A DNA stretch of 64,000 nt from Eubacteriales bacterium (GTDB lineage: Bacteria; Bacillota; Clostridia; Oscillospirales; CAG-272). Of this stretch, positions 42,982 to 53,200 are shown in pieces (position 1 is the stretch's first letter; each line of letters opens with the position of its first letter). The notes below the pieces were generated by a model. It made no database searches. It saw only the letters and a list, made by a program, of their open reading frames with translations, and had not been told where the DNA came from. Both the position numbers and the translations under genes were made by a program. Location of the stretch: contig JAZOVV010000070.1 of assembly GCA_045658925.1 (NCBI GenBank), forward strand, positions 5,526 through 69,525, written 5' to 3'.

Positions 42982-45930
42982 TTATTGCTCGATTTGCTCC
43001 ATAATGAAGGCCTCGAGAATATCGCCAACCTTGATATCGTTGAATTTTTCAAGACCGATACCGCACTCGTAGCCTGCAGCCACTTCACGTGCATCGTCCT
43101 TAAATCTCTTAAGCGAGGAAATCTTATCCTCAAAAATCACTACGCCGTCGCGGACAACACGAATCTGCGATTGACGGGTAACCTTACCATCCTGAATATA
43201 GGAACCTGCAATGGTGCCAACGTTGGGTACGTGAATGGTTTGGCGTACCTCGGCGTGGCCGAGCAGATTCTCGCGGAACTTGGGCGCGAGCATACCCTTC
43301 ATAGCCGCCTCGATTTCTTCCAAACACTCGTAAATTACGCGATAGGTGCGTACGTCTACGTTCTGACGCTCTGCGGAGTCAAGCGCGGTCTTATCGGGAC
43401 GAACGTTAAAGCCAACGATGATTGCGTTGGATGCTGCCGCAAAGGTAACGTCACCTTCGGTGATACCACCCGCTGCCGCGTGAATAACGCGAACCTTAAC
43501 TTCCTCGTTGGAAAGCTTGAGAAGCGATGCCTTAACCGCTTCAACAGAACCGTCAACGTCAGCCTTAACGATGATGTTGGGGTCCTTAACGCCCTCGGAG
43601 ATTTGTGCAAACAAATCGTTGAGGTTGGCTCTTGCATTCGCCTTGAAGGTGTCTTCCTTTGCCTTGTCGCGACGTTGGTCTGCCAGCGTTCTTGCCATTC
43701 TTTCGTCCTCAACTGCTTGGAATTCATCACCTGCAGAGGGAACCTCGGAAAGACCTGTAATTTCTACAGGAACAGAGGGAGCCGCTGCCTTGAGGGTTCT
43801 GCCCATATGGTCGGTCATCGAACGAACGTGACCAACTGCCGTACCTGCGATAATGGTATCGCCGCTGCGGAGTGTGCCGTTTTGAACAAGAACGGTTGCA
43901 ACAGGTCCGCGTCCGCGGTCGAGCTTCGCCTCGATGACGATACCCTTTGCACGACGGTCGGGATTTGCCTTGAGCTCCTTAACGTCGGCTACGAGCAATA
44001 CACTCTCGAGAAGGTCATCAATACCTTGTCTGGTAAGAGCCGATACGGGGACACAAATGGTGTCTCCGCCCCATTCCTCGGGAACGAGGCCGTATTGGGT
44101 GAGCTCTTGCTTGATTTGGTCGGGGTTAGCAGTGGGTTTATCCATCTTGTTGATGGCGACTACGATGTCGATTTCTGCTGCTTTTGCGTGGTTGATTGCC
44201 TCAATGGTTTGGGGCATAATACCGTCGTCGGCAGCTACAACAAGAATTGCGATGTCGGTTGCCATTGCACCGCGTGCACGCATTGCGGTAAACGCTGCGT
44301 GTCCGGGGGTATCGAGGAAGGTAATATCGCGACCGCCCGCCTTAACGCGGTAAGCACCGATGTGCTGGGTAATACCGCCTGCCTCGCCGGCTGTTACGTT
44401 GGTGTTACGGATAGCATCGAGAATAGAGGTCTTACCGTGGTCAACGTGGCCCATAACGCAAACAACGGGTGCGCGTTCTTGGAGTTGCTCATCGGTGTCG
44501 ACTGCGTCGTCAAACAGACGCTCTTCAATGCTGACAACTACCTCGGGGGTAGCTTCAATGCCGAACTCATCCGCTACAAGCGCAGCGGTATCAAAGTCGA
44601 TAACTTGGTTGATGGTTGCCATCATACCCATCATAATCAGCTTCTTAACAACCTCACCTGCCGTTACGTGGAGCTTGGATGCGAGCTGACCGACTACGAT
44701 CTCCTCGCCGATCTCAACAGAAGTGGGTTTGTAGTTAACGGGTTGTTGAACAACAGGAGCAGAACCCTTGCGTCCTTTGTCCTTTTTGCCGTTTTTGTTG
44801 CCCTTGCCAAATGCGTTTTGACCTTGCTGTGCAGCGTTGTTTTGCTTTTTGAGCTTTTGGTTGCCACCCGCGAGGTTTTGGTCGCGATCGGATACGAAGC
44901 TATCCAAACGCTCATCATACTTGGAAAGGTCTACGGTGGATGTGTGGGTATCGATTACACGAGGACCCTTTCTCGTGCCGTCGGGATTGATATTGGTGGA
45001 TGCACCACGCACAATAGGCTGTGCCTTGAAGGTATCCTTGGGCGCGCTTTGTACGAAATCGCCCTTATCGCGGTCAAATCCACCGCGTCCGCCACGGTCG
45101 TTGTTCTTATTGAAGCTGCCGCGGTCCTTCTTTTGTCCGCCAAAATCAGTTCCACCTTGGGGACGGCCACCACCAAAACTCTCGGGACGCTTTGCACCGC
45201 CGAAAGCGGGCTGTTGACCTTGAGGCGCACGTTGCTGTTGGGTGGGAGCGGGACGCACTGCAGGTTGTGTGGGCATTTGCTTTACGGTAATGCCGGCTGC
45301 ACTGTTTTGCTGCGGACGGAAGGGGTTGCCGGTGTAGGGTTGACGTGCCGCGGGACGTGCTGCGGGTGCGGCCTCTTTGGCGGGTGCGGCAGGAGCAGCG
45401 GGAGCACCCGTTGCCTGCTTTTCTTCTTTCTTTTCTTCCGCCTTCTTTTCTGCTACGTTCTGCGGACGTGCAGTGGGGGCTTCTTCTTTTGCCTTGGGAG
45501 CGGGTGCGGGCTCAGACTTGGGAGCCGCTTCCTTCTTCTCTGCAGGCTTTTCAATCTTTTCGGTCTTCTCAACCTTTTCGACCTTTTCAGCTTTTTTAGG
45601 TGCTTCGGCAGTCTCGGGCTTTTGAGCCTCCTCTGCTTTTTCGACCTTTTCTGCCTTTTCGGCCTTTTCTGCCTTTTCGGCCTTTTCAACCTTTTTGGGC
45701 TTGGAGGGAATATAGGTCACTCCATCCAAATAGCTACCAATATCGGTAATTTGGTTTGCTTGGGTCAGGGACTCAAACAAAATGTCGAATTCCAACGGTT
45801 CGAGTGCCTTTTGGGTAGTCTTTGCCTCAATTCCGTTTTGAGCAAGCAGCTCGACGAGATCCTTGCTCTTCATTCCCAAGTCTTTTGCAAACTTGGTAAT
45901 CTTAAATTGTTGATTGATAGTAGAAGCCAT
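42982..45930 (-). CDS. infB: Translation initiation factor IF-2
   Basis: ATG 45930 after AGGAGG. Lys/Glu/Ala-rich N-terminal region. G-domain motifs [19 protein letters not shown]-terminal IF-2 domains. Confidence 0.95.
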   Translation of the reverse strand: MASTINQQFKITKFAKDLGMKSKDLVELLAQNGIEAKTTQKALEPLEFDILFESLTQANQITDIGSYLDGVTYIPSKPKKVEKAEKAEKAEKAEKVEKAEEAQKPETAEAPKKAEKVEKVEKTEKIEKPAEKKEAAPKSEPAPAPKAKEEAPTARPQNVAEKKAEEKKEEKQATGAPAAPAAPAKEAAPAARPAARQPYTGNPFRPQQNSAAGITVKQMPTQPAVRPAPTQQQRAPQGQQPAFGGAKRPESFGGGRPQGGTDFGGQKKDRGSFNKNNDRGGRGGFDRDKGDFVQSAPKDTFKAQPIVRGASTNINPDGTRKGPRVIDTHTSTVDLSKYDERLDSFVSDRDQNLAGGNQKLKKQNNAAQQGQNAFGKGNKNGKKDKGRKGSAPVVQQPVNYKPTSVEIGEEIVVGQLASKLHVTAGEVVKKLIMMGMMATINQVIDFDTAALVADEFGIEATPEVVVSIEERLFDDAVDTDEQLQERAPVVCVMGHVDHGKTSILDAIRNTNVTAGEAGGITQHIGAYRVKAGGRDITFLDTPGHAAFTAMRARGAMATDIAILVVAADDGIMPQTIEAINHAKAAEIDIVVAINKMDKPTANPDQIKQELTQYGLVPEEWGGDTICVPVSALTRQGIDDLLESVLLVADVKELKANPDRRAKGIVIEAKLDRGRGPVATVLVQNGTLRSGDTIIAGTAVGHVRSMTDHMGRTLKAAAPSVPVEITGLSEVPSAGDEFQAVEDERMARTLADQRRDKAKEDTFKANARANLNDLFAQISEGVKDPNIIVKADVDGSVEAVKASLLKLSNEEVKVRVIHAAAGGITEGDVTFAAASNAIIVGFNVRPDKTALDSAERQNVDVRTYRVIYECLEEIEAAMKGMLAPKFRENLLGHAEVRQTIHVPNVGTIAGSYIQDGKVTRQSQIRVVRDGVVIFEDKISSLKRFKDDAREVAAGYECGIGLEKFNDIKVGDILEAFIMEQIEQ

Positions 45931-46003
45931 ATTTCCTCCTGATTCCTCGCTTGGCCGCAGCGCCATGCGAAATCATAAAATTTCGAGCTTGACCCCGCAG
46001 AGG

Positions 46004-46354
46004 TCAATTCTCGTGCTTATCGTTTTCTGTATTCTTTGGCAGCTTGGAAAGAACCAGCTGACAAAGATTTTGGTCGGTAACGGCCAGAGCCGCAAGCCTG
46101 CCGCTCTTCCCCACTGCCGAAGAAAGCGTATCACCGTCAAGCTCCAGTACGTAAAGCGGAACACCGTAAAAGGTGCAACGGTCAAAGAGACGCTTGGCAG
46201 AGTTGGGAGAGTTATCGGCGGCACTGAAAACAGCCAAGACCGATTTTTGCTTTTTGAGTGCCTCGCAGACCATCGGCACGCCGTAAATCAGCTTGCCCGC
46301 CTTGGCACAGAGCCCCAAGGAGAACAAGAGGGCGCGGTTTGCATCACTCTTCAT
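46004..46354 (-). CDS. ylxQ: L7Ae/L30e-family RNA-binding protein (YlxQ-like)
   Basis: LGLCAKAGKLIYG...VLAVFSAADNSPN pattern. Conserved position between ylxR and infB. Confidence 0.8.
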   Translation of the reverse strand: MKSDANRALLFSLGLCAKAGKLIYGVPMVCEALKKQKSVLAVFSAADNSPNSAKRLFDRCTFYGVPLYVLELDGDTLSSAVGKSGRLAALAVTDQNLCQLVLSKLPKNTENDKHEN

Positions 46355-46622
46355 CGTTTTCAAGTTCCTGTTCCATAGCATCGTAAACCTCATCCGAAAT
46401 AACACATTCGAGGTCGCGATCGATCCTATGGCTCTTGCGTGCCTTCTTCAGGCACTTGACGTCACGGCAGATATAGGCGCCGCGTCCGGACTTTTTACCC
46501 TTGAAGTCGAGCGAAATGCCGCCTTCGGGGTCACGGACCACACGCAAAAGCTCCGCCTTGGGTTTATGTTCATTGCATCCCACGCAACGACGCATGGGAA
46601 TCTTTTTTATCTTTTTTTCCAT
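46344..46622 (-). CDS. ylxR: YlxR/RnpM (DUF448) protein
   Basis: PMRRCVGCNEHKPKAELLRVV...GRGAYIC. Lies directly after nusA. Confidence 0.85.
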   Translation of the reverse strand: MEKKIKKIPMRRCVGCNEHKPKAELLRVVRDPEGGISLDFKGKKSGRGAYICRDVKCLKKARKSHRIDRDLECVISDEVYDAMEQELENDEE

Positions 46623-46627
46623 TTTGA

Positions 46628-47665
46628 TTAGTCTTCGTAATCGCTGGACTTAATGTCGATCTTGCAACCGGTGAGACGTGCCGCAAGACGTGCATTTTGT
46701 CCTTCCTTACCGATAGCCAAGGAAAGTTGGTCGGGAGCAACACGAACACGGCAAGCTCTCTCGCCCGTCATTGTTACAGAGATAACTTCAGCGGGAGCGA
46801 GTGCGTTTGCAACGTAATCTTCAATTCTCTCGTCGTAGTGAACGATATCAATCTTCTCACCGCAAAGCTCATTGATAATGCTGTTCAAACGAACACCCTT
46901 GTTACCGATGCAAGCGCCTACGGGCTCAACGTCCTCGTCGCGGGAGTAAACGGAAATCTTGGTGCGGGAGCCTGCCTCACGGGCAACACCCTTAACGATG
47001 ACGATACCGTCGGCGATTTCGGGAATTTCCAACTCAAACAGACGGCGAACCAAGCCTGCGTGTGCGCGAGAAAGCGTTACAACAGGGCCGCGAGCCTCTT
47101 TGTTGACTTCCATAACGAAAACCTTGATCTTGTCGCCTACCATAAATTCCTCACCGGGGATCTGCTCGGAACGGAGCAGAACGGCACGGCTGGTGTCGGT
47201 TTCGAGAAGAACGTTACCGGTCTCGCGGTCAACCTTGCTGACCGTTGCGGTAATGATTTCCTCGTGCTTGTTTTCATAAGCCTCTTGCATAGCAAGACGC
47301 TCACCCTCACGAATGCCCTGAATGATGACCGACTTTGCGGCAGCGGCACTCAGGCGACGGAAGTTCTTCGTCTTGACCTCGGTTTCAACAACCATGCCCA
47401 GCTTATATTTTTTGGCAATGCACTTTGCGTCAGTCAAAGAAATTTGTGTTTCGGGGTTTTCAACCACCTCAACAACCTCTTTTTGCTGATACACTCTGAC
47501 GTCCTTTTTGTTGGGATCGATCAAAATACGAACGTTGGTATTGTTGCCATATTCCTTTTTGTACGCGGAAACAAGAGCAGCCTCGATTTTTTCAATCATA
47601 TAAGCTGCGGGAACGCCTCTTTCCTTCTCCAACAAATCAAGGGCGGTAAAAAATTCAGTATTCAT
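46628..47665 (-). CDS. nusA: Transcription termination/antitermination factor NusA
   Basis: N-terminal [14 protein letters not shown], an S1 domain, and two KH domains ([32 protein letters not shown]). Confidence 0.95.
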   Translation of the reverse strand: MNTEFFTALDLLEKERGVPAAYMIEKIEAALVSAYKKEYGNNTNVRILIDPNKKDVRVYQQKEVVEVVENPETQISLTDAKCIAKKYKLGMVVETEVKTKNFRRLSAAAAKSVIIQGIREGERLAMQEAYENKHEEIITATVSKVDRETGNVLLETDTSRAVLLRSEQIPGEEFMVGDKIKVFVMEVNKEARGPVVTLSRAHAGLVRRLFELEIPEIADGIVIVKGVAREAGSRTKISVYSRDEDVEPVGACIGNKGVRLNSIINELCGEKIDIVHYDERIEDYVANALAPAEVISVTMTGERACRVRVAPDQLSLAIGKEGQNARLAARLTGCKIDIKSSDYED

Positions 47666-47710
47666 TGCTTTGCAATCCTTTCTCTATCTATATGCCGTTT
47701 GACGCTCGGG

Positions 47711-48190
47711 TCAATCAAATTGAAAACGCGTTTTCAGGGATGCGATGGAAGCACGGGGGAAAGCGATGGGCTCTTCCTTACCTTCCACTGCAAGCAGTAC
47801 CTCGCCTGCATCGTTGAGTCCTGCAAGCTTGCCAAGATAGCTCTTGGCGCCGTTCATAGGAGCGTAGAGGCGAACCTCAACGTCCCAATCCGCGCAAGCC
47901 TCAATCTGCCAATCCTCTTTGAGCTCTCTCTCAATGCCGGGAGAGGAAACCTCAAGGTGATAAGCCTCGTCGATGGGGTCTGCCTCATCCAAAAGCGGAT
48001 CGATGGCGCGATGCATTTTTTCGCAATCGTCAATGGTGATGCCTTCTTCGCTGTCAATGGTGATGCGCAGGTACATATCCGCGCCGACCTTAACGTACTC
48101 AACGTCCCAAAGGACGTATCCAAGCTCTTCGGCAAGCGGCTCGGCAATCAAGCGGACCGCGCCGACTACACCTTTTGCGTTCTTTTTCAT
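47711..48190 (-). CDS. rimP: Ribosome maturation factor RimP
   Basis: LEVSSPGIEREL motif. Sits upstream of nusA. Confidence 0.9.
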   Translation of the reverse strand: MKKNAKGVVGAVRLIAEPLAEELGYVLWDVEYVKVGADMYLRITIDSEEGITIDDCEKMHRAIDPLLDEADPIDEAYHLEVSSPGIERELKEDWQIEACADWDVEVRLYAPMNGAKSYLGKLAGLNDAGEVLLAVEGKEEPIAFPRASIASLKTRFQFD

Positions 48191-48276
48191 TTTCTTATCC
48201 TCTTTTTAAAAAAATCCAAAAATTAAGAGCGGGTCTTGCGTGGCCCACTCTCCATACTCGTTATTCTACCGTGTGT

Positions 48277-48305
48277 AGTATATCACATTTTTGAGCCCTT
48301 TGCAA
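48277..48305 (-). promoter_or_regulatory. Promoter of the rimP-nusA-infB operon
   Basis: On the minus strand: TTGCAA (48305-48300), 17 nt, TGaTATACT (TATACT at 48282-48277). Confidence 0.55.
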
Positions 48306-48571
48306 CCCTTTTTGCAAAAAAATTCTACCTTTTATTAAATTTTTTTAATAAAACAAGGCAAAAACGTGTGCTCGCACGCTTTCTTTGTGCAATTTTGTCC
48401 TTGTTCGACACCGCTCGACAGAGAGTGGCATATTCTAATAACAAAAGCTCCACGCGCCAGAATATTCCACCCGAAAACTTTTTTGGATGGCGTTTAAGCC
48501 CCCGACTTTGTTGGAAACAATAGTATCAACAAAGCCCAACGAGGAGCAAACAAAAGAAAGGAAGCGTGACA

Positions 48572-49060
48572 ATGAGTGTCAAACGCGGAGATATTTATTA
48601 TGCAGACCTGAGCCCCGTGATAGGCTCGGAGCAAGGGGGATTGCGCCCCGTACTAATTGTGCAAAACGACATCGGCAACCGATACAGCCCCACCGTCATA
48701 GCGGCGGCGATTACTTCACGAATGAGCAAAGCAAAGCTCCCTACACACATCGATATTTATGCAGGCGAAGTCGGACTCACCAAGGATTCGGTCATTCTCT
48801 TGGAGCAGATACGTACGCTGGATAAACGACGCCTGAAAGAGAAGATGGGACACCTTGACGACGAGGTCATGAACCACGTCAACACGGCAATTGCCATCAG
48901 CTTTGGCCTCGGCACACCCGAAGAAGACCTCGCCGCACGCGCAATGATGCAACAAATCAGTTATACCCCTCACCCTGCCCCGACGATGCCTGCGGCAAGC
49001 GCAACGACCACCAACCAACCTGCCGCAGCGGTGAATGAGCAGCCAACGGTACAAGGTTAA
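48572..49060 (+). CDS. mazF: MazF/PemK/EndoA-family endoribonuclease toxin with an extra C-terminal tail of about 45 aa
   Basis: [31 protein letters not shown]...[10 protein letters not shown]...LPTHI...[17 protein letters not shown]. After ..AISFGL comes an A/P/T/Q-rich extension. No antitoxin-like ORF upstream. Confidence 0.85.
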   Translation: MSVKRGDIYYADLSPVIGSEQGGLRPVLIVQNDIGNRYSPTVIAAAITSRMSKAKLPTHIDIYAGEVGLTKDSVILLEQIRTLDKRRLKEKMGHLDDEVMNHVNTAIAISFGLGTPEEDLAARAMMQQISYTPHPAPTMPAASATTTNQPAAAVNEQPTVQG

Positions 49061-49098
49061 ACCTACAATTTTTATCCGTAAGCAGCAACACATCAAAG

Positions 49099-49250
49099 CC
49101 TTCTCCTCGAGGAGAAGGTGGCAGGCATTTGCCTGTCGGATGAGGTGTAGGACGCAATGCGTCCGTTTAGAAACGCGCGTTGTCGAACGCCATCTACGAT
49201 GGCTACACCTCATCACCCGCGTTCCGCGGGAGCTTCCCCTCAAGGGGAAG
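49099..49250 (+). ncRNA. Candidate structured RNA / hairpin array in the mazF 3' region (class unknown)
   Basis: Hairpins at 49099-49118, 49120-49137, 49216-49230 and 49233-49250. A 12-bp closing helix (49139-49150 with 49203-49214) encloses 3-4 small hairpins (49151-49163, 49177-49190, 49190-49202). Confidence 0.3.
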
Positions 49251-49283
49251 CCTTTTGTGAATTGCGCCCATTAAATGGATAAG

Positions 49284-49330
49284 AGAACCCGCGCCCGTGC
49301 ATCTTTTTGCACGGGCGCGGTTCTGTTTTT
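49284..49330. terminator. Strong intrinsic terminator between convergent genes
   Basis: AGAACCCGCGCCCGTGC ATCTTTTT GCACGGGCGCGGTTCT followed by GTTTTT. Confidence 0.8.
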
Positions 49331-50576
49331 ATTCGGCTTTGTACGGTTCCATATCTACGGTCTCTTTTTCGTAGAAGGGTACGTATTTGTCTTGATAGTA
49401 GTTTTCGTGAACGATAGTCGCATCACCGCTCGGCTCGCAAGTGATGATTGTGCATCCGCGTTGGTAGCCGCGCGTGTCGATGTCGCTATATGCCAAATAA
49501 TCGATGCTATAACCATAAGAAAGCGTCACACCCTTGTATTCGAGCACAAAGTTGTTGAGGTGGTCGTGACCGAAGAAAAGCCCCTTGGTGCTTCCCTTTT
49601 CCAAAACCGTTTCAAAGAGCTGCTCGTCTGTGCGAGAGGAATATACGACCTCATCGGTCTCGCCGTCAAAGCCGCGAATATAGGTAACGTTCTCGGTATT
49701 TTGGCGATTATTCGCTACGTATTCGTCATACGCCGCCTTGACCTCGCGGAGCGGAATGTGCATAAACATCAAGCTCTTGGGCTCAAGAAGATCGGCATAC
49801 GCAGTCTTTTGCTCGTCGGAAAGCGTAGCATATACGGCGGCATTTGCTGCTTTATGTGCTTCAATTTTACCTGCATACCAATCAATTTGATCCTGTTTTA
49901 CATAGTCGTAATCCCACTTGATGCCAAGGGGGTCTTGGTCGGTGTAGGAGTGGGTATCAATCATATAAAAGCTCTCGGTAATGAGCCCTGCGCTATTCTT
50001 GACGTTGATAACGTGGTTGCCCTCGCCCGAAAGGTCGCCGTCGGGGATAAAGAGGCAATGCTTGAGCGACTCATCATCGTACATTTCACTTACCGTGGCA
50101 CGATTATAGTAGTTATAAGCCTCGGAATCGTGGTTGCCGAAAACGATGGTCCAGGAAACCCCAAGGCGCTCCATCAAGCGCATAAACATACGGTGTGCTA
50201 TGGCGTTGTTGATGGTTCCACTGATGTAAGGAACGGCAAAAGAAACGTCACCCGTAACAATAATGAGGTCGGGCTTTTCCTCTGTAACCATTGCCGCAAT
50301 GGCATTGATGGTCATTTTATCTTCTTTGCGAGAAAGAAATCCGCCGCCAAGATGCACGTCGGTCAGCTGCATTACGCGGAATTCGCGGTCGGTGGTGAAA
50401 TAGTATTCACCGCCATCAAGAACAGGCGTTAAAGGTTCATCAACCGTAACAGCCGAAAAAGTGTCGATGTATTTGTTCATTTGCTTTTCGCCAATTTGAT
50501 TGACAACTGCGAAAACGCCGAAGATGAGTGCCAATGATGCCAAAACAATACCTGTGATAATCAATGCTTTTTTCAT
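49329..50576 (-). CDS. Membrane-anchored calcineurin-like metallophosphoesterase
   Basis: ATG 50576. N-terminal TM ALIITGIVLASLALIFGVFAV. Motifs QLTDVHLG, VTGDVSF, GNHDSE and GHDH. Confidence 0.85.
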   Translation of the reverse strand: MKKALIITGIVLASLALIFGVFAVVNQIGEKQMNKYIDTFSAVTVDEPLTPVLDGGEYYFTTDREFRVMQLTDVHLGGGFLSRKEDKMTINAIAAMVTEEKPDLIIVTGDVSFAVPYISGTINNAIAHRMFMRLMERLGVSWTIVFGNHDSEAYNYYNRATVSEMYDDESLKHCLFIPDGDLSGEGNHVINVKNSAGLITESFYMIDTHSYTDQDPLGIKWDYDYVKQDQIDWYAGKIEAHKAANAAVYATLSDEQKTAYADLLEPKSLMFMHIPLREVKAAYDEYVANNRQNTENVTYIRGFDGETDEVVYSSRTDEQLFETVLEKGSTKGLFFGHDHLNNFVLEYKGVTLSYGYSIDYLAYSDIDTRGYQRGCTIITCEPSGDATIVHENYYQDKYVPFYEKETVDMEPYKAE

Positions 50577-50612
50577 ATTTATTTCCCTTTCAAACATCGT
50601 TTATATTCTTTT

Positions 50613-51245
50613 TTACAAGGTGCGTGTAAGAATGGCAACAATCAGTTCCCAATTGTTCACCGTGGTGATGATTGCCCAAACAAAAATCGGGATTAAAACA
50701 ACATCGACAACTCGATAGAACCAAACGGTTGTGTGCAAAGAAAGTTTTTTAAAAATGAGGCAATATACTGCAAGTCCGATAAAATAGCCAACGGTATTCA
50801 TAATCAAATCGGCGGTTGCAAAATTGCCAATGATGGTGAAAAGCTGCACGACCTCAACACAAAGAGACACGCCAAAGCAAATGCCAAGGTCTCGCCAAAT
50901 GTTTTTCTTTTTGAATAAATGTTTCAAAAGAACCCCAAAGGGGGCAAACACTACGGCATTGGCGGGAAACTGCCAAAACTGATTGACAAAATCAAAGCGA
51001 ATTTGAAACGGAATAAGGTCGTATAAAAACCGCTCCTTGACAGTCATGTTGCTCAACCACTGATAGTTGGGTATCACCATGTAAAAATCGTTGAATTTGA
51101 GCCACAGTGCCCAAAAAATCAACAAAATATAAATGCTTGTGGCAATGATAACCTCACGGCGGAGTGTACACTCGTTGCACGCCAACAGCGGATTGAGTTT
51201 CTCCTTTAGACTGTCAAAATATTCTTTTATTTTTTTCATTTGCAT
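50613..51245 (-). CDS. VanZ-family membrane protein
   Basis: Four or five TM helices. NAVVFAPFGVLL motif typical of VanZ-like proteins. Confidence 0.7.
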   Translation of the reverse strand: MQMKKIKEYFDSLKEKLNPLLACNECTLRREVIIATSIYILLIFWALWLKFNDFYMVIPNYQWLSNMTVKERFLYDLIPFQIRFDFVNQFWQFPANAVVFAPFGVLLKHLFKKKNIWRDLGICFGVSLCVEVVQLFTIIGNFATADLIMNTVGYFIGLAVYCLIFKKLSLHTTVWFYRVVDVVLIPIFVWAIITTVNNWELIVAILTRTL

Positions 51246-51269
51246 ATCAACATTCTAATGTTCAGTAAC

Positions 51270-51923
51270 TTACAGTTGCTTTTTGAGAATGGCAAAAATC
51301 AGTTCCCCGTTTTGCAATGTGGTGCCAAAAGCATATATGAACAGTACTAAAAAGACAAAATTAGCAACGCGACAAGTCCAAATGCAGGTCTTCATCGTGC
51401 GTTTTTTGAAGATCAAATAATAGATTCCAAGTCCTACAAAATAACCCAAACCGTTCATAATCAAGTCAACGGTGGCAAAACCGCCAAGTAGGGTAAACAG
51501 TTGGAACACTTCAATGCAAAGTGACAAACCAAGGCAAAGAGCAAAATCGCGCAGGACGTTCCGCTTTTTAAACAGATAGTTGAGCAGAACACCAAAAGGG
51601 GCAAAAACAAGGCTGTTAGCCACAAATTCGAGCCGCTGAAGGGTATGATTTTGACGCGTGTAAAACGGCACAATATCCCACAAAAAACGCTCACGCAAAT
51701 TCAATTCCGAAAGATTTCTGTAATTGCGAGCAAGCATTTCCGCATTGCCAAATTTGAAGCACAGCCCCCAAAGAAGTATAAAAACATAAAAAGCGGTAGC
51801 AAAAATCACCTCGCGGCGAAGCGCGCGCCCATCGTATGTAAACAAACTCTCTCTATCTAATGTTTTGATTTTGAGCACCATTTGAGATTGTGCTTTTTGT
51901 TTTTTAAAATTCATATCCTTCAT
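51270..51923 (-). CDS. VanZ-family membrane protein (tandem paralogue)
   Basis: NSLVFAPFGVLL. Collinear similarity to the 50613..51245 product (e.g. VQLFTIIGNFATADLIMNTVGYFIGL versus FQLFTLLGGFATVDLIMNGLGYFVGL). The start is ambiguous (51962 TTG, 51923 or 51914 ATG). Confidence 0.65.
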   Translation of the reverse strand: MKDMNFKKQKAQSQMVLKIKTLDRESLFTYDGRALRREVIFATAFYVFILLWGLCFKFGNAEMLARNYRNLSELNLRERFLWDIVPFYTRQNHTLQRLEFVANSLVFAPFGVLLNYLFKKRNVLRDFALCLGLSLCIEVFQLFTLLGGFATVDLIMNGLGYFVGLGIYYLIFKKRTMKTCIWTCRVANFVFLVLFIYAFGTTLQNGELIFAILKKQL

Positions 51924-52054
51924 TCTCAACCGCCGGTTGATGTCTTCCTTTCTTCCGCTCAAGGAAACGTTCCATGTTTTCTCTTTTAGTATATCACAAA
52001 ACGCCTATTTTGTCAACATGCACAGCGTATATCCACTCTTCGTGTCAAAAAAAC

Positions 52055-52083
52055 TTGACAATACCGTAAAAATGTGGTATGAT
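52055..52083 (+). promoter_or_regulatory. Promoter
   Basis: TTGACA (52055-52060), 17 nt, TGgTATGAT (52075-52083). Confidence 0.6.
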
Positions 52084-52150
52084 AAGGCTATGGGAGAGTT
52101 CCCATAAACGGCATCTCCCCTAACATGACAATGAAAGGAAATTGAAAACT

Positions 52151-52876
52151 ATGTCTGTTCAGTTTGCAAAAGACGAAAAAGTCATTAAGTCATTTGACTA
52201 TGCTACCGTTGGCTACAACAAAAGAAAAGGTCAGTACGACACCTTTAAAAGCCTGATTGTTACCAATAAGCGCGTAATTCACGAATCGGTAAACGATAAG
52301 CGCAACAACGAAATCATTCTTCGCCAAGAGATGCCCGTTGCCGATGCAAAATACGTAAAGACCACAATGGGCAAGACCTCGAACCCCGCATACCTGTTGC
52401 AGGCACTCCTGTTTGCCATTATCGCGGCAGCGGCAGTTTTTGTTTCCACCCTTGATTTTGCAGAGAAGTTCTACATTGCGTTCCTGGTTCTGGCTGCTCC
52501 CTTTGCAATTCTCACCTTTGTAAAATTGGCTGCTTATTTCTCCAGTTGCACCAAAGTGGTTAGTTTCTCCATTTTCACCGACCACGTTGTAACCCCCGTT
52601 ATCTGCACCGCGGCAGTGGAAACCGAAAACAAGGAAACAGAAGGCAAGAAGAACACCAAGAAAGACCCCTCTCTTGAAATTCGCGTAAACGCAGACGTTG
52701 CACGCGAAATCGCAGACGGACTCGGTGCTGCCATTCTCGATGCTATCAACTACAAGGAAGAAGCTCCCGCTCAAGAAATTGAGGAAGCTATCCCCGCGTT
52801 TGCAACCGTAAAAACCGAAGAAACTCCCGTTGACGCTCCCGTAGCCGAAGAGGAAGAGATTGTTGAAGAGATATAA
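52151..52876 (+). CDS. Hypothetical membrane protein with an N-terminal PH/GRAM-like region and an acidic C-terminus
   Basis: ORF with two central TM spans. The N-terminal EKVIKSFDYATV...LIVTNKRVIHES resembles bacterial PH-like domains (weak). The start is ATG 52151 or TTG 52142. Confidence 0.55.
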   Translation: MSVQFAKDEKVIKSFDYATVGYNKRKGQYDTFKSLIVTNKRVIHESVNDKRNNEIILRQEMPVADAKYVKTTMGKTSNPAYLLQALLFAIIAAAAVFVSTLDFAEKFYIAFLVLAAPFAILTFVKLAAYFSSCTKVVSFSIFTDHVVTPVICTAAVETENKETEGKKNTKKDPSLEIRVNADVAREIADGLGAAILDAINYKEEAPAQEIEEAIPAFATVKTEETPVDAPVAEEEEIVEEI

Positions 52877-52894
52877 TTCCATAACACCACAAAA

Positions 52895-52922
52895 AAGGAA
52901 GGACAAACGTCCTTCCTTTTTC
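52895..52922 (+). terminator. Intrinsic terminator
   Basis: AAGGAAGGAC AAAC GTCCTTCCTT followed by TTT. Confidence 0.8.
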
Positions 52923-52938
52923 TGCTTGGCGCCGATTT

Positions 52939-53200
52939 GTACGGGATTCTGAACCAAGCATCGATTGAAAATCAATCGATGCGCAAATTTGCTGCGCGAA
53001 TTCGCCGCGAGCGCGCTTTGCGCGCACAAGATTTCTCAAGACCGGTACGTTTCACCAAACGAAAAGGAGCGTACAGGATTCTGAACCAAGCCTCGATTGT
53101 AAACAATCGAGGCGCGAATTTGCTATGCAAATTCGCCGCGAGCGCGCTTTGCGCGCACAAGATTTCTCAAGACCGATACGCTCCACCAAACGAATAAGGG
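52939..53200 (-). repeat. Two tandem structured repeat units of about 131 nt downstream of tRNA-Ala, each ending in a pseudo tRNA-Ala 3' end
   Basis: Units start (plus strand) at 52939 and 53071. Each has GCGCGC-AAA-GCGCGC, GCGAATTTGC-loop-GCAAATTCGC and a 10-bp hairpin with compensatory changes. GGTTCaGAATCC(T/C)GTAC(GCTCC) mimics the tRNA T-arm/acceptor with one inserted A. Confidence 0.85.

Noticed and set aside
48236-48523. 95-aa ORF upstream of mazF as a candidate MazE antitoxin
   Set aside because: The sequence is hydrophobic and low-complexity, overlaps the rimP promoter/leader, lacks an RBS and any RHH/AbrB/MazE-like motif, and ends 45 nt before mazF without coupling.
50613-51962. 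Tandem VanZ genes plus a metallophosphoesterase as a glycopeptide-resistance cluster
   Set aside because: No vanRS, vanHAX or ligase genes are present. VanZ-like proteins are widespread membrane proteins of unclear function, so calling this a resistance locus would be over-interpretation.
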